A stretch of DNA of 64,000 bases from Chrysomallon squamiferum. Taxonomy: Eukaryota > Animalia > Mollusca. A program made the translations under genes and the position numbers. The notes beneath the pieces were generated by a model that had not been told where the DNA came from, ran no database searches, and was given only the letters and a program-made list of their open reading frames with translations. This document shows positions 12,868-23,980 of the stretch, one piece after another (positions within the stretch are counted from its first letter, which is position 1; each line of letters begins with the position of its first letter). The stretch spans positions 11,222,001-11,286,000 of the forward strand of contig CM022667.1 in NCBI GenBank assembly GCA_012295275.1. The letters run 5' to 3'.

Positions 12868-13281
12868 TTCAACTTCATTGACGATAATCGCGTAAAATTC
12901 CGTTGTAAATATGTAACAAGCACATCTGTCGACTTCAACAACTCTTGTAATAACCGGTCATCTTCGGCTGCTCTCAAAACAGGAGGTTTATTTCCCACAA
13001 ATCAACAATCATGCTGGTCACAAGGCAAGGGAGACCACTCCGTATCACCTCAATCTGTGGAGACCAGAGTTATCGGTCTTAGACTTCCAGAATATTCGTT
13101 TAATCCAAACGACAAAAACTCGTCGACATCAAATGCTGAATACGTGAATTACCCGCTTTATCTGCGCAGACTGATGTTTATTTTGGCTTTCTTTGGACTT
13201 TATCTCTTCATTATTGCCGCGTTTATTTCTTTGCAGTTCGAGCGGAACAAGCTAGAGAGTATCAGTAAAATAAATGTATAA
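12868..13281 (+). pseudogene. Orphan terminal-exon-like ORF with a C-terminal transmembrane helix, copy 2
   Basis: Frame FNFIDDNRVKFRCKYV...YLRRLMFILAFFGLYLFIIAAFISLQFERNKLESISKINV* is open for ~137 codons. Differs from copy 1 by substitutions, an in-frame 3-bp indel and one extra base near the start. Upstream pyrimidine tract ends in TGCAT. Confidence 0.35.
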
Positions 13282-14229
13282 CGTTTTCTCCTTTTTGTTT
13301 GATTTATTTTCCTTTGCTTGGAATAAAGCTAGTTCCGTTTATTAAGGGTTTTTGTAGAATCAAAACAAATCTATGGATCCAGAATCTTAGCCGTTATCGC
13401 GTAAATTCAACCTGGGCTTTTTATTCGTGTGTGTTAAAATGTGCGTCTTGGTATTTTATGAAATGAAGTAACAAAGAAATTAACCTTTTATGATGCTGAA
13501 TCATAATATAATCTCTTATTTTAAGGATTTTACTGATACAGACAAACAAGTAAGTAAAAAAGTAAAATTAAAACGAATTAATTTAAGGGGGTAAAAAATT
13601 AAAATAAGGATAATATTGCATCTTTAAAAATGTACTGGGCATATTGATGACTAAAGAATAGACCTGAAATATTACTGGTTGCTGTTTCGGTTTATAGTGA
13701 CAAAAGACTTAAATAAGATAATACTTGAATAAAAGACGGGGATTTTTGGGGACGGTATTTCTTATATGTTGTTTTAGTTTGTGTGTTTTTTGTTTTTGTT
13801 TGTTTGTTGTTGTTTTTTTGTGTTTTTTTCAGAGGTGGTGGTTTGGGTTTATATAAGTTCACAAGTAAAATTGATAATTTTATGTTAACAGATACGGTGT
13901 TGTATTAGATAGATACTAGTAACTTGCATGATCAACAAAGCCAAGACAAGCATGAACGAATGGATGCACGCAGATGTAATAATATTAATTTATTGTTAAG
14001 CAAGCTTCCCACATTAAATAAATGTTGTTTAAAACATAGATCAGATAATGCTGATAACACTAGGGTACATACGTGTTGGTTATGCAGATAGAACAGTGTT
14101 AATTTTTGTTAATAAAAGGACATTAAAAGGATACTAATGTTCATGCGACAAAAACGAACAGTTTTGAAAATGTTGGTTTAATGTAACAAGACAAAAAGAC
14201 AAATGCTGTGCTATGTATTTCAAGTCGTT

Positions 14230-15066
14230 AGAAATTCTGAAACCTGGTTTTATAGTGTTCAACTGTGGAGTTCAACACCGGTCTTTTTCAAATTCCGTCG
14301 AAGATGTCATAGGACATAGGGCGTGTATTTCGGTTGACCAGATTACACTGGCAAAGACGTCGGAAACAGTTCCACGTCATGTTGGAACATTCGTCGTCAA
14401 ATTTTCCCAGTAAAATCAATAACCAGCTGGAGCACTCTAACCGGAATTAAGCAAAGCGAAACCGAAAGTAGTATTCAACCGTTGTATACCGGTCATTTCA
14501 AATTCCGTCGAAGACGTCATAGGACAGGGCAGCGGTTGACCAGATTCTGGCAAAGTCGTCCACGTCCACGTCATGTTGGAACATTCGTCGTCAAAGTCCT
14601 CCCAGTATCCGTTTTCTGAACACGTAATCATTAAGATGTTGAACAGACGAAAAGGGAATCAGTGACGTGTAGTGAACAGACGAAAAGGGAACTGTTGACG
14701 GTCTGTCACACAAGATCTTCGTCAAGCACGTCGTGTCCTTTTCAAACGAACCTTCTCGTTCGTTTCCCGAGTCCTGCTGCTCTGACACGATCCTTCTGTA
14801 CACCTGAAACTGCTGTTTGTTGTCCTCATTTCTGAATACAAAAACCTGCAGTCAACGGATTCGTTTGCGTAGCATTGTTTCGATCGTTTATCCAGAATGA
14901 CTACTTTGCACGCTAGCGAACTGAAGCACTCGACTGCACAACGTATGGCCATTCCATTCATTTCCTTAAGTCCTCTGTTTTCATTCAAGGAATGAGAGCT
15001 GTCTACACTGACCATAAGAACAAAAAGATGCATAGGAAAACTACGTAGAAAGTTTCTTCCGTCCAT
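14230..15066 (-). pseudogene. Disrupted intronless gene: signal peptide, PAN/Apple-like domain, sushi domain, scrambled galectin-like domain
   Basis: ATG 15066 MDGRNFLRSFPMHLFVLMVSVDS..., then RCAVECFSSLACKVVILDKRSKQCY (PAN-type C-x3-C...C...C). Frameshift near 14850, deletion with a duplicated filler at ~14635-14660, interleaved/scrambled 3' part at 14230-14450. Confidence 0.7.
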
Positions 15067-15966
15067 GTTATCGAGGAGTTGGCCAAAAACGGAATTTTAA
15101 TAACGAAGTTAAATCATCCAACTTAAATACTCGACAGAAATACTGAGTCAGTTTAATATTGATGAGATGAAGAAACTGATACGGGTCTACGAATTAGAGA
15201 AGATTTATATTTCCATTTAAAGCAATGTTTTATTTACAATGGCCGATTACTTTATGTGTACCAGTATTGACGATCGAACGTACATTTGTGAAGATGTGTC
15301 CATTAAGCTGGTAGCATAATGAGACTGAAATATGTGGACATAAACATTTATTTTGTTAAATAAACAATAGGTTTCTCACACACGCACACTTACCAGAATG
15401 AAATACAGTCAAAGCCAGAAAAAATAAAATAAAAAAATAAAATAAAATAAAATAAATGAAAGGGAGAACAAGAAAAAAATGAGAGAGGATTAGTAAAAAA
15501 AAAAAGAAAAACGATTTCGTCAAAATAATTTTTTTATCATACAGTTCTCTTTTCCTGTCTTATTATTATATTTGTTTTTCTTTAGTTTCCCTGTTTTCTG
15601 TAAACATTTCAAAAACTAGAAGAAGAATTTAGACAAATCACATTGTCTTGTCTTTTTATTACGTGTAACTGAAATAATAAATATAAAATAAAAAACACGT
15701 TTCTTTTCCTTCTACTTTTTATTTGAATCATAAAATGATTCTACTCTATAAACAAAGTATGCATGTTATAAGTGCTAAAAAAAAAAAAAAAGAGAAAAAA
15801 ATACAAACAAACAAAACATTACTCTACTCTAAAATTACAAGTATGCATATAATGAGATAGCTAAAAAAAAAAAAAAAAAAAAAAAAATAAAAGCAATTAC
15901 AAACAAAATATTAATTTTGAATTTTTTATTTTCTGCAGTAACCAAAATAGTCATTTTAAAATAATG

Positions 15967-16034
<68 letters not shown>

Positions 16035-16190
16035 TAATAATAATAAAGAAAGTGGACAAATGGGAAAATACATATTGATGTTGATAATCAATGTCCTGAA
16101 CGCTTCATATCACAAACGCTTATTTCGTCATTATAATACTGCTTCTGACCCATATTTTCAGTTATTTCTGCTGATTTCTCTTTTTAATTG

Positions 16191-16566
16191 TTAATATCTG
16201 ATTTTTCTGACGGTGGATCCGCCGCCTCGTCTGGGAGAACGAATTTCCAGGGTGGGTCTTCCGTTGCTGCTGCTGTTACGAACGGTAACTCTGTGGTTTC
16301 CCATACGTCCGGTGTATCCACGGAGACCATTGTTGCCTCTGATCGGTTTCGTTCCTCGAGCCCCGAGTCTGCTGAAGTCACGCAGAGCGCTTCGGTAGCC
16401 ACCTGGATGATAAATTAAATTATTTTTAGTTAATGTTTTCAAATTGAAGCTTTGTTTTGATGTCCTAAACAAATACTAAAGTATTGAATTTGTCTGCGTG
16501 TTTGTATGTTTCTATTCGTATATCTGTGTATTGTTGAGTATATATGTGTATCTAAGAGACTTGAGG

Positions 16567-16608
<42 letters not shown>

Positions 16609-16697
16609 GACATCTGGATGTAAATTATGCTCGTTTTGTATATACAGCTACAGCTACTACAAATAGTACTACAGCCTCTACTACCAGTGTCTCTACT

Positions 16698-16749
<52 letters not shown>

Positions 16750-17666
16750 GCTACTAGTACTGCTTCTAAATAAATAAAATAAAATAAAATAAACAAAACT
16801 TTATTCATGTCAGCTATGTCTAACAAACACGGAAATCAGAAGCTACAGCAGTTTAAAAGAGCCCATCCTCGTTGTACAGGAAGATATATCATTAGATCTC
16901 TAGTAAGAGTTACAAGCTTATTAACTAAGATTTATGTTACATATGCACGTCACAGCCTAGCCCTGAGGCAATTAGAAAACCGTAAAAAAGGATATTAATA
17001 GACCTAGAATAGTCAAAGGGGCGTCTCTGTATATTACTGTTTCAAAAACCTCACATAAATAAATAAATAAATGAATATACACTACTGCAGCGTCTACTAT
17101 TGCTCTTACTGTTATCGCTACTACTACCACAGCTATTAGTACTGCTACCACTAACAACAACAACAACAACAATAATAATAATAATAATAACTACGCCTGT
17201 TTGAAACCCCTCTACAAACACGTCTAGATTCGCCTCTGATAATAATATTGAAGTATCAGATCGGCATTGCTCTCTACAGGTCGACAAATCGTAGACATTT
17301 AACTGGTTTTTTTTTTTCACTCTGGAGCTGAACTCACGTTCGCATGAAGTGCACAACCTAAATCTCTTAACTGAAGGCAAACACAGATGATTCACTTGTC
17401 TAAGATGCTAATTGAGAAATCTTAAAGATATCACCGCATGGACACATTTTCTTTCAACCTGATGTGAACCGGAATAGCTACCGCTTCCATTCTATTTATA
17501 GCAAGGGCGAGCAATTCCGTTACTTTTCCGTTTGATGTAATTTCCACCCTGATCGTTGCCTAAACGTGACCACTACGCTTCCTGGACTTGGTCAAAGACT
17601 AAGGTCGTGTCGTCTCGGTCTGTGACCTTATTGACACTGAACGATGGGTCACGTTTGTTTTGGTAA

Positions 17667-17697
<31 letters not shown>

Positions 17698-18106
17698 TGG
17701 TGGTTTGCTAAGTTATGTTGGAAACTGGCGCACGAAGCGAAAGTAAACCTAGCTAGACACGTATTACAAAGCTATGCATGGTTGTAATATTTATAAGAAA
17801 ATGTTAGCTGCTGGCATTTATTACATTCATTCATAGTTATACGTATGTTAGGATATACTTTATTCTCTCTCACTTTACTTCTTTTTTTTTCTCTTGTTTT
17901 TCGAATTATTATTACTATTACTACTACTACTACTATTATTACTGTTATTATTATTATTATTGTTATTAGTAGTAGTAGTAGTAGTAGTAGTATTTTTTCA
18001 ACTATTACTATTACTGCTACTACTCCTACTATTATAACTACTATTATTACTACTGGTATTATTATCATCGTCGTTGTCGTCGTCATTATTATTATTATCA
18101 TTATTA

Positions 18107-18159
<53 letters not shown>

Positions 18160-18486
18160 GTTGTTGTTGTTATTATTGTTATTATTATCATTAGTCTAAC
18201 TCAAGTAATCTGTCATTAAATCACATCCAGATATATACACGCACTTTCATTCATCCATTCATTCATCCATCCGTCAATTCATTCATTCATTCATTCGTTC
18301 ACTCATTTACCTTGCTTAACGTAATGTCTGGTAAGACGAGCTCCACTTCTTGTGATACCCCTTCTCACAGCGCCGCTTAGCAGGGCTCTGCCGACTGCCA
18401 TAGCAACTGGAACCCACCGTTTTGGTCTTCGTACCTTATTTTTAAGACCGGCTTCAATTCCCAAAAGGTCTGTGAAAAACAAATAA

Positions 18487-18542
<56 letters not shown>

Positions 18543-19091
18543 TAATAATAATAATAATAACACGTGATATGAACATTATTTTACATATTCATATCACGTA
18601 ATTCTTTACTTCGTTTAATCTCCTTTCATCGATATTTACAGAACAAGAACAGTTGAACTATTCATGTTACAAACACATACACACATGTACCTAGATTTTC
18701 ACTCATTGTCAGAAAGGTTTTCATTTTAAATTATTGTTTTTAAGCATATAGAAAATTCAAGGAACGAAAAGCAGAAGAAGAAAGAACCAAAGAAAGAAAG
18801 AAAGGAAAGAAAAGAAAGAAAGAAAGAAAGAAAAGAACAAAAAAGAAATAATCTATAACAAAACGTACCCAGTTGTCCTACAAATTCTTCATCTTCGGCA
18901 TCAGCAAGTTCCTCGAGTTCCTTTTCCGTCAAAGTATTCAGATCGATTCCGTCATGAAGTTCCGATTTGTCTTTGACGTCATTCACTTCTGGATCGGCGA
19001 AGCTCGGAGAAACATCGGGAGCGGTGGTGGTCGTTGAAGTCGCAACAGTGCAGACGTACACAACTGCGGCGATGAGAAGAAAAACCTTCAT
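16191..19091 (-). CDS. Secreted prepro-protein paralog C (197 aa): furin site RRPKR, 105-aa cationic mature protein with a CdiA-CT-like domain
   Basis: Exons 18869-19091, 18311-18469, 16191-16402; GT-AG phase-1 introns. Mature: WVPVAMAVGRALLSGAVRRGITRSGARLTRHYVKQGGYRSALRDFSRLGARGTKPIRGNNGLRGYTGRMGNHRVTVRNSSSNGRPTLEIRSPRRGGGSTVRKIRY. Confidence 0.85.
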
Positions 19092-19150
19092 GACTGCGAA
19101 TCGAAGAGGGTTTAAAAGTTTGGTAATGTCTGTCGAATTTCGTGTTCCTT

Positions 19151-19349
19151 TTTTATAGCGGCGAAACAGGACGTTTCCCCGAGGTCATTAATCAGGGATG
19201 TTTGTTTGATTGGTTGTCGAGTTGTGTCCGGGTATGAGAAATGTTTTCAAAGAACTTTTGTTTTTATTTCCATGGATTACTGCTTTTAATCGACGCAGTC
19301 GGGGACATGCCAGGTGGGAAAAATATGTGAAAACAGACGTCATGAGTCA
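19151..19349 (-). promoter_or_regulatory. Proximal promoter of gene C (TATA, kB-like site, CCAAT, AP-1/CRE)
   Basis: TATAAAA on the minus strand at 19151-19157; GGACGTTTCCCC 19169-19180; ATTGG ~19209; GACGTCATGAGTCA 19336-19349. A distal full CRE TGACGTCA at 20281-20288 is also present at 1040-1047 for gene A. Confidence 0.6.
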
Positions 19350-19752
19350 CAGTGCTGATGTAGTGACAGTAAAATAAAAGTGTTTTAAAAACATGCTGTG
19401 TCATCTCACAGTCATTTGGGAAAAGAGTTTTGGTATGACTAAGATATCTTTAAATCGAGTATTGTTGTTTTTACGTCAGTTGAATTTTGTTTTATTACTT
19501 GTTTAGTACTTTTGTTTTCTTTTTTTCTTTTCTTTTCTTTTCCTTTATTTTCTTTTATGTTATTTTATTTTATTTTAATTATTGATTTAACGAGATGAAC
19601 AGTATCATGTTTCCATTTTCTATTTTACTTGCTTTTCTCACTCTTTCTTTCTCCTTGTTCTCTCTCTCTCACTCGCACTCTTTATTTCTCTCTCCCACTG
19701 TCGCACTCTCTCTCTCCCTCCCCTTTCACGCACATTCTCTCGCTCCCTACCC

Positions 19753-19839
<87 letters not shown>

Positions 19840-20486
19840 AAACAAAACTAAAATAATAATGCTAAAATTTAACCCAGTATTTAACATTCAGTATTTAATT
19901 TGTCCATTTATTGTTTCATTCATTCATTTTTTCATTCATTCTTGCATTCACTCCTTCATTTTGATGTCTGGTTAACTGTAGACATAATATTTAGTGGAAA
20001 AGCTAAATTAAGAATTGTGTAGGCAGTATACATTTAAAAAGTGCATAAACAGGACACAACAGAATGTGTGGTCACTATTGTTATTTAATTTTATAATACT
20101 TCTTTGTCTCTACCACCGTAAGACCCAGGAGCATCACGGATGCACATCTGTACGGATATCTGCTACATTTAGTTCCGGCCTGTGTCAGCGACCTTCTTTC
20201 TTTCTTTCTTTTTCTAAAGAAAAAAAAAATTCAAAAAACTATTTTTGCTTATTTCTTAGAAACGCACTCTGTTTCTGCAATGACGTCAGAGACAGGTTTC
20301 CACGAAACATAAAAACATGTCGGAGTGACAGGCGACGATAAATCACCCAGCTAACTGTGGCCTGGTTGTGTAAAACGACCTCGTTGTACGTACGATGGAA
20401 GAAAGCGAATGATTGGACGAGAAGTGTTTACTGTTTTGAGAGTCCGCATATCGTACAAGCGTTAACGTGAATGCAATTTCTTCTTA

Positions 20487-20572
<86 letters not shown>

Positions 20573-20952
20573 AATATACTTTAATCCTTCTGTCTCTCTC
20601 TTTCTTTCTTTTCTTTTTAAAGATTTTATTTTTAACAAAATTTATTTCTTTAATTTATATCGTTTTTGTTTTGTTGTTGTTGCTGTTTTTGTTTTGCTGT
20701 TTGTTTTTCTTCTTTTTTTCAGTTATTTTTCATCGACTGCTTCAGCGATTTCTACAGCCAATCTAACACGTTGTTCTACTATAACAGTTACTGTAACTAC
20801 AACAGCAACAGCTACAGTAATATCAATTTGCTCAGTTAATAACGTCTCTTCTTAATTCTGCCGTAATGTTACAAATTACTTAATTTCTTCTTCTTCTTTC
20901 CCCCTTAAATAAATGTTCCTATTATTAATAATACTTCTGTCACTACTATTAT

Positions 20953-20993
<41 letters not shown>

Positions 20994-21707
20994 TTATTAT
21001 TATTACTACTACTGCTGCTTCTAGTACAACTACCACTACTACCACCAAGACTTCTATTTCTTATTACCCCCTCTTGTACTTTTACTACTTTTTATTATTA
21101 CACGTACTACTACTACTGCTACATTACTACCGACACCACCATCATCACCTCCACTACTACAAGTAGTACTACTACAAGTAGTACTACTACCGATTATTTT
21201 ATTACTATACTAAAACTACAACAACAACAACAACTTCTACTGCTACTACAGCTATCAGTACTACCACATTACGACTGTTTATTCCACTACCACTGCTGCA
21301 GTTACCACAACTATTATTACTACAAGCCAACACAAACGTGACTGCTACTACGATTACTGCTACAACTATTTCTGTTGTTACTACCTTACTACAACAACTA
21401 CCACTATAACCATAACTACTAATATTACTACTACTGCTGTTATTACTATTACTACTTCCAGTGTTCCTGTCCATATTGCTGTAACAATAACGTCAACATG
21501 AATAATAACATCAGAAATTAAACATTTTATATTCAGAATTTATGGGCCACTTACTCAATGTTGTTATTAATAATTAAAACGTTCTTTAATTGCTCCATTA
21601 ATAAATAATCATCTGTACTAATTTATCTCATTTTACTGATCTTACACTTACAGCCCGTATCAATAACCGAAGGAAATCAAAAAAGAAAGATCGTTGGTAT
21701 AAGAAAG

Positions 21708-21793
<86 letters not shown>

Positions 21794-22221
21794 CTCTTAT
21801 CGATTAGCGGTAAAAAATGTTTCATCTAGACTTTCCCATGAACAGGAGAAGAGAAAACCTCCGATTTATTTTATATAATATTGTTCAATACTAAACAAAC
21901 ATTCTCACTTCAGGCGAGCGCTAACTCCACAGTACTGTTAGCAGCGACGAAATATTCATATACAGTTTCCCAGTAACATGACAGCTTATATACCAGCCTT
22001 TCACAACCTGTGAAGTGCCGCAAAGGACATTCCGACGTTAAAATGCACAACAGTTGAAAGGAATGCTGAACAGCTGGTGTGAACGCGTCGGCCTCAGAAT
22101 AATATTTTTAACATTCACAATGTTCTGCAAGCTTCGAGAAAAAAGAACAAGTCTTTGTTTACTATTTGTCTATTTGTTATGTAATGAATTAATTAAAATT
22201 TCATTCGATGATATTTTCATC

Positions 22222-22265
<44 letters not shown>

Positions 22266-22625
22266 ATTTTGTGGTTATCGTTTTTGTTGTGTTGTTGTTG
22301 TTATTATTTTTGGTGTTGCTATTATTGTTATTTTGTTTTATGATTAACACAATATTAATAATGATAATAATAATAACATCATCATCATCATCATCATCAT
22401 TGCAATAATAAACACAGTCATGATCATCAATATTTCGAACAGTTTAACATTCGCTCCATAAAACGAAGAACAATACTGGATGTAAACAAAACTATAACAA
22501 ACTATTATTATCAGTATTTATATTTTTGTTATAGATGAAAAATTATACGCTTTAAAAAGAAGCAAAATATTTATGTAAACGATATTTTTTTTTTTTTTTA
22601 AATTATTGATTACTAATATTAAGGG

Positions 22626-22677
<52 letters not shown>

Positions 22678-22896
22678 TATAAAGTAACTCAGATCACATG
22701 ATATACGCATAATTATGCTATCGCTGATTAAAAATGTTAGTAACTACAAAATCAAAGGTCGTAAAGTGGACACAAAAGTATATAATGATAAATTAACAAC
22801 ACTGGACCCATCAATTTTGTATTCAGAAACAGTATACATCCATATACAAACTCAAATACATATACGCACAAACATAAGCTAAAACGCAAAATAATA

Positions 22897-22959
<63 letters not shown>

Positions 22960-23184
22960 GATGTCTGTAAATTGACCACATTTAAATTATTAAGAATGAA
23001 AAGTTTATTTCATAAGCTATATTTTAACTAAAAATTAAATACATTTAAATAAATAAATAAATTTGCAAGTACATCATAATGTAATCTTGAGTAATTTATC
23101 TATTTGAAGATTATATACCAGAAAATATTGTAGCATGAAATGTTTTAATTATGCTCAATATTTGACTGCCGAGAGACCTCTTTT

Positions 23185-23245
23185 AAACCGGAAATAATAC
23201 ATCAAAGAGTCATGTGACATTATGTCTGTTCAAAATGGCGTTGAG
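23185..23245 (+). promoter_or_regulatory. Housekeeping-type promoter motifs upstream of the Rab gene (ETS, E-box/M-box, YY1-like)
   Basis: CCGGAAAT ~23188-23195; GTCATGTGAC 23209-23218; CAAAATGGCG 23231-23240; all ~140-190 bp upstream of the ATG. Confidence 0.5.
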
Positions 23246-23376
23246 GAAGAAGATTTGTTTTTACGGAAAATGAACGATCTTTATCGCTGCTGTATACGCA
23301 TTGGTTGAGAGTTTAAATTGAATAATACTGGAATTTATATTATTAACAAGTTGGATTTTTCGAAAGTATATCGACG

Positions 23377-23919
23377 ATGTCTATGAGAGATGTTAAACTG
23401 TGTTTGCTTGGGGTAAGTATTAATAATTGTTTTAAGTCATTTCCCGGAAATATTATCTTTACGTGAAACACGCTTTGAAGTTTCATTCAGGCTTGAGCTC
23501 AGTGGTAATTATTTTTGTTAAAGAAACTGTTTTCACGATTTGTATAAAGTCATGAAGACAGATGTTTAGCATACTTGTTTCATGCTGTCATATGCAACGT
23601 TATGCTAGTAAATAAAGTAATAGTTTTTAATTTCAATTTTTATTGACGGTGGTAGATTTGTTTATTTGTTATCCTTGTTGCTATCCTATCTGACAGTCTA
23701 TTGTTATTGTTGTTGTATTCATAGCTGTACTATACTACGAATACTAGGCAGTATATATACACTGTTTATTTATTTATTTATTTATTTATATATATATTTA
23801 TTTATTTATTAGTATTATTATTATTAATTTCAGGATTCTGGTGTAGGGAAATCAAGTATTGTAATGAGGTTTGTTTCAGATCAGTTCAGGCCGGCCCTGG
23901 AAAGTACAATAGGGTGAGC

Positions 23920-23980
<61 letters not shown>

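Larger units (their letters stand above)
12050..21335. repeat. Tandem segmental duplication, unit 2 (spacer, TM exon, lectin-like pseudogene, gene C, upstream flank)
   Basis: Collinear with 4980-12005; both units end at ...CTACTACAAGCCAACAC / TTACTACAAGCCAACAC. Confidence 0.9.
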
